Notes: generated by a model from the sequence alone, not told the origin. A stretch of 64,000 nucleotides of DNA from Candidatus Kapaibacterium sp. (GCA_963665665.1 OY762428.1:2873100-2937099), one strand, 5' to 3'. Counted from the stretch's first letter, positions 45,472 to 54,546 are shown. Made by a program: numbers and translations.

Positions 45472-47553
45472 TTAATCCCGGACGCAGCGAACCGAATTCC
45501 CGCACGCCTTACCACTTTCTCGTCTCCCTATTTTAGATGAGGAAATTCCCCTTTCCCAAGCAAGAGTATCGTCTGATTCTGTGGCTGTCCACCAATAACC
45601 GATACCTCCTTGCCAACCAAAGATATTAAATCTATAACCTCCCGGAACAGCAGAAAAACCGGTTTTATCAAAATTTTTATTTCTCATCAATATTTCTTCA
45701 TCTTCATAACGAAAAGTCCATAAATCCGGTTCCCCCGCCAACTGCGCGCCTTGGTCTGATCCTCGCTCATATTCTTTATCAGCTTCAGACCGGCTCATCC
45801 CAAGACACATTTCAAGTTCTTTCCATTCTTCGTCGGTGGGCACGTGCCAGCCCTCGGGCGCTAAACCGCGAGGGTCGTTCACAGCATACCAATTGTAAAG
45901 CTTACCGTAGATTTCTCCATTAGCAGGATCATTGTTGTAATAGCACCATGCTCCGGTTTTCAGGTTTTCCCATTCTTCGGTGTCCTTCACTTCAGGAATT
46001 GGATCCCCATTGCGGTACCGGTCAACATTCAGATTGCAGCCCATCCATATCTTGCCGCATATCTCCACATCGTTTTCACAACCTGTGTATTCTTCATACA
46101 TCGCCTTTGCTGTTGCTCTTACCCATACTTTATTACTCGGATAATTTGGCACCCGCCACCTGTATGCCAGACCACTTGCGGTGTCAGTAATCTGATTCCA
46201 GTTCTTCCCGTCATCAATAGTGTATTCTAATTTCACATAATCGGCAGGCGATACGCCCTCCCATGTTATTGTTGTATCGCTGCCTGCAACTAATTCTTCG
46301 CCGCCATTAGGAAAGACTATTTTGATATTTTGAGTTATCAGTGATTTCTTTTTTATATCGCCACCGGAAACATAGAAATATTTGCCATAGCATGAGTTGC
46401 TTTCAATTTCAAATCTGGAAAAAGCATATGATGAATCGTCTGGGCTGAATTCTATTCTCAATTCTCTTGTTTCGCCTGGTAACAGTGAAAATGGAGGATT
46501 TGTCCCCCCGTAATCAATTATTGTCATCTTTGGGTTACTGCTAATTATTGATTTAACATTTACAGGCTCAACCTGTGCAGTGATTGAGATTTTTTCAGTA
46601 TATGTCTTTCCCGATTCCTTTATTCCAAATTTAATTGAAGCAGATGGAGAAAACTTCAGCTTAGGCAGTTTGTCGTAAGAGACGGAATAACTGAAATCTG
46701 TCATAAGTCCAATATCCGATATTGATAATTCTGCTTTCCTTTTTGTCGGACATCCTCCGCTTATCCATTCGATTTCGCATGGGTCGCCGCCCTGGGCAAA
46801 CATAAGAATGCTTTTATAAATATCTTCTGCCTGTTTTTCAGTTGTAACGTTATCGAAATACATTCCGCCGGTCTTTTTCGATATCTCCTTAAGCAAGTCA
46901 GGTGTTGGGTTATCGACTGTAACACAATAGACTGTAGCGCTGATATCATTTGCTTTTTCAATTATTTCTTCTTGATTACCACTTGCAAAGCCGTCAGTAA
47001 ACAAAACAACAACCTTTTTATATTTTCCTTGTTCTGCAACCCGCAAAGCCCCGGCGCTCCTATCTATAAAAGCCGCGTCAAAATCTGTCCCGTCGTTGCA
47101 ATTCAGGCTTTGTATGCTGTTTATCAATTCTGCTCTATTATGCGAAAAATCAGAAATGAAAAAATTATCCGATTCGAACCCTGTAATAGCACATTCTGAT
47201 GTTCCAAGTGGTAAAAGTTTTAGCCAGGTAGTTGCAGCTGCTTTCAGAATATCCATCGAACGACCACACATCGAGCCGGATAAATCAACTGTTAAAACTG
47301 CAGATATGGGTTGAGAAGGCTGTGGCGCAGGACAATTAATATTTGTAATTTGTCTTTCAATTCTATCCTCTTTAAGAATCAGCGTATAATTCGACAAATT
47401 GCTCATTACCGTTCCATCATCATCAACTACAAAACATTTGGCTTTCATTTCCGGAAATGTTGAGGCATCGATATCGAATACAGTAATATCTTGTGCCATA
47501 ATTGAGGATGATAGAATAAAAAGCAAGAAAAATTTGACTAATATTTTTCTCAT
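45472..47553 (-). CDS. secreted vWA-domain protein with C-terminal FISUMP domain
   Basis: Signal peptide, then vWA MIDAS VDLSGSM ..VVVLFTDG, and a C-terminal FISUMP-type CGKIWMGCNLNV..GKLYNWYAV..APEGWHVPTDEEW. The ATG at 47553 is preferred; the track start is TTG at 47565. Confidence 0.75.
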   Translation of the reverse strand: MRKILVKFFLLFILSSSIMAQDITVFDIDASTFPEMKAKCFVVDDDGTVMSNLSNYTLILKEDRIERQITNINCPAPQPSQPISAVLTVDLSGSMCGRSMDILKAAATTWLKLLPLGTSECAITGFESDNFFISDFSHNRAELINSIQSLNCNDGTDFDAAFIDRSAGALRVAEQGKYKKVVVLFTDGFASGNQEEIIEKANDISATVYCVTVDNPTPDLLKEISKKTGGMYFDNVTTEKQAEDIYKSILMFAQGGDPCEIEWISGGCPTKRKAELSISDIGLMTDFSYSVSYDKLPKLKFSPSASIKFGIKESGKTYTEKISITAQVEPVNVKSIISSNPKMTIIDYGGTNPPFSLLPGETRELRIEFSPDDSSYAFSRFEIESNSCYGKYFYVSGGDIKKKSLITQNIKIVFPNGGEELVAGSDTTITWEGVSPADYVKLEYTIDDGKNWNQITDTASGLAYRWRVPNYPSNKVWVRATAKAMYEEYTGCENDVEICGKIWMGCNLNVDRYRNGDPIPEVKDTEEWENLKTGAWCYYNNDPANGEIYGKLYNWYAVNDPRGLAPEGWHVPTDEEWKELEMCLGMSRSEADKEYERGSDQGAQLAGEPDLWTFRYEDEEILMRNKNFDKTGFSAVPGGYRFNIFGWQGGIGYWWTATESDDTLAWERGISSSKIGRRESGKACGNSVRCVRD

Positions 47554-47633
47554 GATAATTTCCAATCTTATTTCCCAAAATAATTCAAATTAACATATTT
47601 TTGGGAAAAAAAAAAACGAGATTGTTTTTCAAC

Positions 47634-47921
47634 TTAATTACAAACCGCCACTCCGGCAAAAGCAAACTTGAACTCGATTTGAAGCTCATTCTCAGAGATA
47701 TGCTCTATATGCCCGTAAACGACATTGCCGGAGCTGTCGAGGGAAGAAACGGAAGGCCTTTTATTGAGATTGTGGGTAACTGTCCAGATTTGGCTTGCTG
47801 TTAGCTGTTCGTGGATATAGTGGACATCGGCAATACCCGGTTCAAGATCATCAGGTTTGATCTTACCGAGCTTGTTGAATTTGATCTCGCCATTCTCTAT
47901 ATCTGCTTTTTGGACAAACAT
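47634..47921 (-). CDS. small phage protein (95 aa), hypothetical
   Basis: WTVTHNLNKRPSVSSLDSSGNVVYG..ELQIEFKFAFAGVAV resembles a small beta-sandwich module seen in phage proteins. A degenerate partial copy lies at 51605-51662. Confidence 0.5.
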   Translation of the reverse strand: MFVQKADIENGEIKFNKLGKIKPDDLEPGIADVHYIHEQLTASQIWTVTHNLNKRPSVSSLDSSGNVVYGHIEHISENELQIEFKFAFAGVAVCN

Positions 47922-48367
47922 TACTTAGTCAGGCTCCCGACAGTGAACCCAACAGCGACACCGCCGATAATATAAACCGGAGTTTCCCACCACGAGCGTT
48001 CTCTCATGATTTCTTTGGTGATATAAATAGTCTGAATCATTGTGCTGTCCGGTTTCTTCCTAATCATCAGATCAAAGCTATTTTCCGGGAACTCGTATTT
48101 TGCATAAACCGTATCCCTTTTGATAACCGTGTCAACCACAGCTACAAATGGCTTTGTCTCAATCATAGTATCCCGTTTGTAGATGATTTTCGGCTTAATC
48201 TTCTCAATAACTATCGGTTCGGATTCCTTAATAATCAGAACTGTATCCTTCCGGATAATGGTATTGGTAATCGGCTCGCAATGCTTAGTTGACCTTCCGA
48301 GAAAGAATGACAATGCAATCATTACGAGAATCAGGATTGTTCCGGCTATGTATTTGTATTTTTCCAT
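47921..48367 (-). CDS. membrane protein of the lysis cassette (spanin-like position)
   Basis: N- and C-terminal TM segments. Start and stop overlap the neighbouring genes. Confidence 0.4.
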   Translation of the reverse strand: MEKYKYIAGTILILVMIALSFFLGRSTKHCEPITNTIIRKDTVLIIKESEPIVIEKIKPKIIYKRDTMIETKPFVAVVDTVIKRDTVYAKYEFPENSFDLMIRKKPDSTMIQTIYITKEIMRERSWWETPVYIIGGVAVGFTVGSLTK

Positions 48368-48972
48368 TAGCTATTTACCGAAGTAAATCCAACAAAACCT
48401 CTTACAGCCATCCTTCCTATGAAATGCTTGTAATTTCTCTTCCTGATATATACTCCTTCGCCATCATCCTGAGAGCCTTTCCTGCCGGAACTTGTATTGA
48501 AACCTACAGTCCTAATCCATCCGGCTTTCATAACTTCGATTATCCTCTCAACATGACCACGCCAAACTCTCGGCTTTTTCCAGAAAATCAGGTCATTGAC
48601 TTTCGGAAAAGGAAATGTTTTCCTGCCATTCTTCATAGCATGGTTGAACATGGATACGGTTGAGCCTGTTCTTTTAATCGGTATTTCAGATAATGCAAAA
48701 CTCAAATCCTGACAGGCAGAATAAAAACACCAGTACTGGCCTGCCGCACAATAAGGATTACCTTTTCTCAGACCTACAGATTTGAGGTACTGCTCAACCA
48801 TATATCCGTCATTCCTGCCAGTCCTTTCCTTTACTCCAACCTGGGCAATGGCAGAATCTGCCGACGCCTGAATCAATTCACTCCTGCACGTCATTACATA
48901 TCTTGCAAGCGGAAAAAGCTCGGCAGAGGCCGCTATATGAAGTAATATCAGCAATATTATCTTGTATTTCAT
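48367..48972 (-). CDS. putative endolysin, CHAP/NlpC-P60-like cell-wall hydrolase with signal peptide
   Basis: Cys box GNPYCAAGQYWCF and His box WRGHVERIIEV. The N-terminal MKYKIILLILLHIAASA is signal-like. Confidence 0.6.
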   Translation of the reverse strand: MKYKIILLILLHIAASAELFPLARYVMTCRSELIQASADSAIAQVGVKERTGRNDGYMVEQYLKSVGLRKGNPYCAAGQYWCFYSACQDLSFALSEIPIKRTGSTVSMFNHAMKNGRKTFPFPKVNDLIFWKKPRVWRGHVERIIEVMKAGWIRTVGFNTSSGRKGSQDDGEGVYIRKRNYKHFIGRMAVRGFVGFTSVNS

Positions 48973-48980
48973 AGTAGCAC

Positions 48981-49325
48981 CTAATTAGCAAACTGAGCGA
49001 TATATACACCAAGAACAATCAGACCGACAAGAATATGCACTCCAAGGAAAATGTATCCGAGAACGTTTAGGACAGCTCCCTTTTCGGAGGAATTGATCTT
49101 GCCGTCATCTCCTTCCAGCAGGAATTTTGTAAAAGGTATCCGGGTGTAAACATAAAGTGCTATTCCAGACAATGCCAAAGCAGATGCTTCGAGAAATGCT
49201 ATCAGTAGGAATGTCTGAATCTCAGCGCTTCCCGGTTTCAAGAAGAAGTATGCTATGGCTCCGAGTATTATCCAAACAGTGTTTCTGGAAATAAAGTCGA
49301 TTACTGCTTTCAGTTTGTCATTCAT
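48981..49325 (-). CDS. holin-like membrane protein (3 TMS)
   Basis: 114 aa with three hydrophobic helices, directly upstream of the hydrolase. Confidence 0.5.
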   Translation of the reverse strand: MNDKLKAVIDFISRNTVWIILGAIAYFFLKPGSAEIQTFLLIAFLEASALALSGIALYVYTRIPFTKFLLEGDDGKINSSEKGAVLNVLGYIFLGVHILVGLIVLGVYIAQFAN

Positions 49326-49336
49326 ATTTTACCTTT

Positions 49337-49627
49337 CTAATATGTACTTACTAAATGTTCGTTGAATCTTTTCTGAAGTTCTGTAAGGATGAGCTTAATG
49401 GCTTCAAGTTCCTTTTTTACCTGGTCATCATAGATGTCAACCCTTTGTTCAAGAAGCTTTACCCGGCGTTCCAGGTCATTGAATTTTTCGACATCTGCCA
49501 GCTTCTTTGAGAATATTTCCTCATTGGCTTTCCTGTTGTCCCTTTTCAGCATAAAATAGAAGGTCAGAAGCCCGATAATCAGGATTCCGAACTGTATGAT
49601 GTTATATATCAGATTGCTTGTAGTCAC
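49337..49627 (-). CDS. small membrane-anchored coiled-coil protein (lysis-cassette associated)
   Basis: One N-terminal TM helix followed by a coiled coil. 96 aa. Confidence 0.4.
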   Translation of the reverse strand: MTTSNLIYNIIQFGILIIGLLTFYFMLKRDNRKANEEIFSKKLADVEKFNDLERRVKLLEQRVDIYDDQVKKELEAIKLILTELQKRFNEHLVSTY

Positions 49628-49630
49628 GCC

Positions 49631-50032
49631 CTAATCCCCAATGAAATAAACTGTCGGAAGCATAAATCTCATCTCATAATGCCATTTGTCATCTTCGACA
49701 AAGAGAAACTTCTCAGTCAGAGGATAAAGCTTCATATTCTCAATGTATAGGTCATTCGTCAGGGAATACCGGACCCTGTCCAGAGTTTCATAAGCCCCGA
49801 GATGAGAACGAAGGTTTCTGACAATGACAATCACATCAATTTCAATCATCCTTGCCTGCTGTTCCAGCCTCGGATTTGTATAGTTTGAGCCTTCATAACT
49901 GACCAACACTGCTCCGTTGGGATGCAGTAGTTCGTAATCCTTCACATTCTCCGGAAAAGGCTCAACAGCCAGATCGGTAATATCCGCCTGGAGCTTGGCT
50001 ACAATAGCATTTTCTATGTCTTTAATAGTCAC
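49631..50032 (-). CDS. Mu gp37-like (DUF1834-like) head-tail protein
   Basis: IENAIVAKLQADITDLAVEPFPEN..HPNGAVLVSYEGSNY matches the pattern as I recall it. Confidence 0.55.
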   Translation of the reverse strand: MTIKDIENAIVAKLQADITDLAVEPFPENVKDYELLHPNGAVLVSYEGSNYTNPRLEQQARMIEIDVIVIVRNLRSHLGAYETLDRVRYSLTNDLYIENMKLYPLTEKFLFVEDDKWHYEMRFMLPTVYFIGD

Positions 50033-50050
50033 TATTCACTTTTCATTTCT

Positions 50051-50086
50051 TCAAACTTTCAACTGTCAACTATCAACTGTCAACTA
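50051..50086. repeat. heptad array (NTCAACT)x5, site 2
   Basis: tcaaact ttcaact gtcaact atcaact gtcaact, in the 47-bp spacer between the gp36-like and gp37-like genes. Confidence 0.8.
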
Positions 50087-50502
50087 ATAAAGTTATCCAT
50101 CGCTTTCTTTGGTACAACAGGCTCCCTTTCAGAAAAAAGAAAGAATCCCGGCCTTGTTTCAGGAGTCCCTTCATTAAGAGTGATTGTCCCTTTCTGCAGC
50201 TTCTCCAAAGTCGATATGCTGTCCTTGTAAAGATTCTGAATACTGTCGAAGACCTTACCTCTCCGCTTATACAGCTCGTATTTAACTATATCAATACAGG
50301 CTTTTCTCAGGATAGAATGTTCATTCTCAAGAGGTAGATTATACCTTGCCCTCAGAAAGCCATCAATGAAATCTCCTGCATCAGATATATACTTATCAAC
50401 CAAAGCTTCATCCACAACATTAGGATCAGCATCATTACTGAGCTGGGCAGTCACCTTCTCGGTTAAATCATCTTTTATATCCTGAATTGTACAGTACATC
50501 AT
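50080..50502 (-). CDS. Mu gp36-like (DUF1320-like) head-tail connector protein
   Basis: MMYCTIQDIKDDL..AQLSNDADPNVVDEALVDKYISDAGDFIDGFLRARYNLPL. Confidence 0.65.
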   Translation of the reverse strand: MMYCTIQDIKDDLTEKVTAQLSNDADPNVVDEALVDKYISDAGDFIDGFLRARYNLPLENEHSILRKACIDIVKYELYKRRGKVFDSIQNLYKDSISTLEKLQKGTITLNEGTPETRPGFFLFSEREPVVPKKAMDNFIS

Positions 50503-50550
50503 CCTTCACTAAAAGTATTTTCAAATCTCTTTGCTAAGATATTGGGATTT

Positions 50551-50588
50551 GATGTAGTGTCCTATGCATTGAGTGTGGGTAGAGAGTG
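50551..50588 (-). promoter_or_regulatory. phage promoter-like bipartite element, copy D
   Basis: Transcribed strand: CACTCTCTA CCCACA CTCAATGCATAGGACAC TACATC. Confidence 0.6.
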
Positions 50589-50707
50589 AAATTATCAAAA
50601 AATACGTATTTATACGGATAAAAATACCAAGTTCTTGGTATTGATTTTTTGATTAACATTTGTCACTTTGTAGTTATCAGTTTTTTTAATTCTTGAAGGA
50701 ATATAAC

Positions 50708-51511
50708 ATGAGACGATTTTTAGCCTTTATAGTATTTGTTTATTTGTTTTCCCCAATAGACAATATTGCTCAAATAATTGACATCAATTATTCTAATTTA
50801 AAAGGGGTAAATGCCATAACTGATACAGTAAAGAAAGAATCAAAAGATATTGAACTTTTGAGTCGTGGTTTTATGGACATTTTTTCTAATGGCAAAATGC
50901 AAAGTACAGCTCAAATATTAAAAATTAATATTGGAGAAAAAGATGGCTTCTATTTTCCTTTCTTTCTATTATTGGGGGCTTCAGGTGATGGTCTTGGTGA
51001 ACAAGAATTGAATGAAAATACAATAGCAAATTTGTTAAACCCATTAGGTGGTATTATTAATGGATCATTTAATGGCAAGAATAATTTATTGTCCTCAGAA
51101 TCTGGGATAACTTCATTAAATTTAGCATATCAAATTTCAGGAAAGTTAATAAATGCTCAAGATTCACTATCAGGAAACTCCAAATTTTTGGGAGTTGGTT
51201 ATGGTAATATAGGTCTCTTTTTTCAAACAGGAGCTTGGGATCCTGATGATGCTGGAAATATGGGAGTCTTTTGGGTTCAAGTAAAAGCCGCAGGTTCATT
51301 AGCTTTTGATAATGCAGTGATTAAAGAAGTCTTTGGAAACTCAGTAATTGATAGTTATTTTATTGGTTATTCCATAGATTTAGGTATTGAAATTGATAAA
51401 AAAATTAATTTGAAAGCTGGAATTTATCAATATTTAAACAGCCAAGATATAATTCTTATGAAAGATCCTGTTTTTAAATTTTCTTTGGATTACAATCTTG
51501 AAAATGATTGA
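50708..51511 (+). CDS. secreted hypothetical protein (opposite-strand cargo gene)
   Basis: ATG at 50708 follows GAAGGA. Signal peptide MRRFLAFIVFVYLFSPIDNIAQ. AT-rich, Gly/Asn-rich and beta-rich in appearance. Confidence 0.55.
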   Translation: MRRFLAFIVFVYLFSPIDNIAQIIDINYSNLKGVNAITDTVKKESKDIELLSRGFMDIFSNGKMQSTAQILKINIGEKDGFYFPFFLLLGASGDGLGEQELNENTIANLLNPLGGIINGSFNGKNNLLSSESGITSLNLAYQISGKLINAQDSLSGNSKFLGVGYGNIGLFFQTGAWDPDDAGNMGVFWVQVKAAGSLAFDNAVIKEVFGNSVIDSYFIGYSIDLGIEIDKKINLKAGIYQYLNSQDIILMKDPVFKFSLDYNLEND

Positions 51512-51604
51512 TTAATTCAGGATTTATTATTCATAAGTTCATCAAATATTTAAGCGTTTTCCGAAAGTAATTATTTAATAATATTTTTTATTAAGCTTTC
51601 TTTG

Positions 51605-51662
51605 CAAACTGCTACTCCAGCAAATGCAAATTGAACTCAATATGAAGTACATTATTAGGATT
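51605..51662 (-). pseudogene. degenerate remnant homologous to the 3' end of 47634..47921
   Basis: About 80 percent identity over about 58 nt to 47641-47699, with a 1-nt deletion and an in-frame stop. Confidence 0.6.
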
Positions 51663-51676
51663 TCCAATAATATTTT

Positions 51677-51702
51677 ACGCCCCCTAAAACATTAGAGGGC
51701 GT
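51677..51702. terminator. hairpin between the capsid gene and the opposite-strand cargo gene
   Basis: ACGCCCCCT-aaaacatt-AGAGGGCGT (one mismatch), 6 nt after the capsid stop. The T tracts on both sides are weak. Confidence 0.4.
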
Positions 51703-51708
51703 TTCCAT

Positions 51709-52755
51709 TTATATCACCATAGCCGAAATAACCGCATTAGGTTCATGGATAGTCGGCAATGATTTCTGTTCAACTTTCCAGTCCAAAGCTGTTTTGTCAT
51801 CGTTAGTATTAGTTTCCACCAATAGTTCATTCTGATAGATTTTCAGATTGCCGTTCTCGATCCTGTAAATTGGCCCGAAATGAACTTTGAAGCCCAAGGA
51901 TTTACTTGCCACCATGATAGCCTTCTTAGGGTCAATCATATCGGTAGTGACATCATCGGTATCTGTGTATTGCTGGTTATACTCGAAAATATCAATACCC
52001 ATTATCCTGCCGATATAAATACCAGAACGGGTATTCGATTGGGTCATGTCAAGCACGCCGATACGGTTGTTGTTGGTATCCAGTTCCTTCTTGATTGAAT
52101 CATGAGATACAAAGGCATCTGCAGCTTCACTGCCAAGAATCATGATATCAGCGTTGACACCACTTCGTTTCATGATGTCCCTTTTCCATGCCCTGAGTTT
52201 CTTCAAAGGTTTGGCAGTGGCATCGCTCCATTTATCTGCTGCAGCAAGCGTAACAAGATGAACGCCGTCTTCAAACTCGAAATCAACTGAGAATTCAATA
52301 TTATCCTGGCTGACAATAACTTCACCGGTTGAAAGAGCTTCACAAGCCATCTGCTCACGTCTTCGGATAATCCTGTTTTTCAGTTCTTCCAGTTCCTGGA
52401 GGATCATCTGATTTGCAAGCCTTGTCCTTTCTTCAGGGCTCGTCACGTAGATATTGCCGATTGACTTGTAGTTTGCAAGCTCAAGGGCAGTGAAGAGTTT
52501 CTTCTCGAAAGTCCTTGGCAGGGAGATGGTTTTGATTTCCTTGCTCAATTTCTTGATCGGCAAAGCACCTTCATGCTGATTTACGAACTGAGCCAGCTTA
52601 TTTGAGCCTGTGATGATCTCAATGTCGATTTTATCCGCTGCATGGAACTGCCTGTTTTTGAAGAAAGTATTCAAAACGAACGGTTCAATTACCTTCGACC
52701 TGTTAATCGCATTCGTCAGGCTCCGGGATTCAAACATATCAATTAATGCGCTCAT
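51709..52755 (-). CDS. major capsid protein, lambda gpE-like
   Basis: The N-terminus IEPFVLNTFFKNRQFHAADKIDIEIITGSNKLAQFVNQHEGA parallels lambda E (FDPLFLRLFFRESYPFTTEKVYLSQIPG..). Follows a D-like gene, with SD AAGGAGGA. Confidence 0.75.
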   Translation of the reverse strand: MSALIDMFESRSLTNAINRSKVIEPFVLNTFFKNRQFHAADKIDIEIITGSNKLAQFVNQHEGALPIKKLSKEIKTISLPRTFEKKLFTALELANYKSIGNIYVTSPEERTRLANQMILQELEELKNRIIRRREQMACEALSTGEVIVSQDNIEFSVDFEFEDGVHLVTLAAADKWSDATAKPLKKLRAWKRDIMKRSGVNADIMILGSEAADAFVSHDSIKKELDTNNNRIGVLDMTQSNTRSGIYIGRIMGIDIFEYNQQYTDTDDVTTDMIDPKKAIMVASKSLGFKVHFGPIYRIENGNLKIYQNELLVETNTNDDKTALDWKVEQKSLPTIHEPNAVISAMVI

Positions 52756-53120
52756 GCCTGTTCCTCCTTAATCACTATTGAACCATTGTTGTATACTCCT
52801 GTGGATATTTCCTGTGCCGCTGTCAGGGCTGATTTCAGGAACTCCCCGTGAACGTACATGAAGCCTTTGCCGTCGCTGTCTGTAGCATCCACATTGCAGC
52901 CGAGTATTCCGACTAAGTTTTCTGTTCCATCAACAACTGTATTGTCCCAGATGTAATATTTGCCTGTGGCTGTTTCCTTGCCGAGGCAGGTTCCCCTTGT
53001 CAGGTTCTGACCGGAAGCGATGACAATATTGGTGATCTCCATATTTGGATGGAGACTTGCAGGTATGTCAACCGAAGGATCCATGTCAGCAAGTTTTGTA
53101 AAACCAAGATCGATTCCCAT
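52752..53120 (-). CDS. head decoration protein, lambda gpD-like
   Basis: 122 aa. GQNLTRGTCLGKETATGKY..LVGILGCNVDATDSDGKGFMYVHGEF. Position is immediately before the capsid gene. Confidence 0.65.
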   Translation of the reverse strand: MGIDLGFTKLADMDPSVDIPASLHPNMEITNIVIASGQNLTRGTCLGKETATGKYYIWDNTVVDGTENLVGILGCNVDATDSDGKGFMYVHGEFLKSALTAAQEISTGVYNNGSIVIKEEQA

Positions 53121-54265
53121 TATTTATCTCCTTCGTTTTTGTAGTATTCGTCGATAAATTTATTCTGCTCTTCGAAGCTGTTGACGTTACCGGCTAAGGC
53201 TTTGTCAGCTATCTCTGAAAACTCCACCTGTGTCGGGAATGATTCGATCAGCTTTTTGATTATATCTTCGCCCCTGAGGGTTTTGGTAACTCCGTTCTCT
53301 GAGAATTCAAAGCCCTTGTCATGCCCTCTGGCAGTCTCAAAAGCCAGGCGGACAAGGTTCTTCTGTGCCGGGACTAATCGCCCTGTCTGTGAGCTGAAAT
53401 ACTCATTGAATTTCATCTCCCTGTTGTCGTTTTCAAGAGATTCAAGTTTTATCTGCATCTCCTGATACTCCCTTGACTGGGTTAGGTCAATTTTGTTTTT
53501 TCCATCATTTGCTTCAACAAGCTTAGGTGGATTTTCCTCTTTCCTGATGTGCCTGTCTTTGATTTTTTCAAGCTCCTCAGCTGTCTGGTTGGCAATCTCT
53601 TCGTTGAAAGTCTGACCAAGCCATGTAAGGAGGTCTTCGAATAGTTTAGCATAGTTCTCCGGCATACTGCCTCCCTGGAAATTTATTTTTTGTGAATTGT
53701 CTTCTGAAAAATCTTCGGATTTTGAGGGAGAGAAATATATATTTCTTTTCTTTTCCTTTCTTTCCTGATTGTTTTTGTTGCCCTTCTGTTCATCATCCGT
53801 TGAACAGGTGTTCGATTCTGTTCGAGCATTCGTTAAATTCTCTTCAAACATCAGTTCAACAAATGCTTCATCACTGTTGAAATTTGTGTCTTTCAAACCC
53901 TTAACTGCCGGAGGAACTGCTCCCAAATATCCAACGTGGCGGAGCATCATATCCGGGTACAGGGCTATGGAAACTTTCTTGTACTTTCCGTCCTTAATAA
54001 GTTGTTCGAACTCTGGATCAAGCTGATTGAATTTAGCAAGCAACCTTTCGCCATCACGTTTCAATTGCTCAACCCAGGCATAAGCAGGAGAGTTATTCAC
54101 AGGATGTCCAATTACTACAGGAGCTTCATGTTTTTCATCAGGAAGCTGATTATTGTATTTTGCTGCAATAGTGTCGAGGTCTTCAATAGTCCAGTCTTTC
54201 TCTTGCCCGCCTGCATCTGTGTGCAGACCGGCTTTAAAGACCTCCTTCCATATATCCTTTGGCAT
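53120..54265 (-). CDS. prohead protease / scaffolding protein
   Basis: The N-terminal domain (APVVIGHP..AYAWVEQLKRDGERLLAKF..LGAVPPAVKGL) resembles phage prohead protease/scaffold families, and the C-terminal half is a charged coiled coil. Position is before the D/E-like genes. Confidence 0.55.
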   Translation of the reverse strand: MPKDIWKEVFKAGLHTDAGGQEKDWTIEDLDTIAAKYNNQLPDEKHEAPVVIGHPVNNSPAYAWVEQLKRDGERLLAKFNQLDPEFEQLIKDGKYKKVSIALYPDMMLRHVGYLGAVPPAVKGLKDTNFNSDEAFVELMFEENLTNARTESNTCSTDDEQKGNKNNQERKEKKRNIYFSPSKSEDFSEDNSQKINFQGGSMPENYAKLFEDLLTWLGQTFNEEIANQTAEELEKIKDRHIRKEENPPKLVEANDGKNKIDLTQSREYQEMQIKLESLENDNREMKFNEYFSSQTGRLVPAQKNLVRLAFETARGHDKGFEFSENGVTKTLRGEDIIKKLIESFPTQVEFSEIADKALAGNVNSFEEQNKFIDEYYKNEGDK

Positions 54266-54308
54266 TTTCCACCTTTATAGTTTTACCTCTGCAAAGCTAT
54301 TTATGGCG

Positions 54309-54346
54309 GTTGTATTGGGCAATGCACTTAATGTGGGTATGGAGTG
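54309..54346 (-). promoter_or_regulatory. phage promoter-like bipartite element, copy E
   Basis: Transcribed strand: CACTCCATA CCCACA TTAAGTGCATTGCCCAA TACAAC. Confidence 0.6.
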
Positions 54347-54358
54347 AAGGGAAAATAT

Positions 54359-54389
54359 AAAAAACCGGAATCTATTTTTGAGATTCCGG
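54359..54389 (-). terminator. rho-independent terminator downstream of the WG-repeat gene
   Basis: The minus strand reads CCGGAATCT-caaaaat-AGATTCCGG followed by T6. Confidence 0.7.
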
Positions 54390-54546
54390 CCTGTCCTTTT
54401 ATTACTTATTATTAAAATGGATTTGGAGATGGCGGTTTATATATTAATTTTTAAACTATTCTTTATTTAATACCACATTTTTATAAATGTTTTTGACGTT
54501 TTTTATGCTCACCTTTGTTCTAATCATTACAAATTTAGAAGAATTT

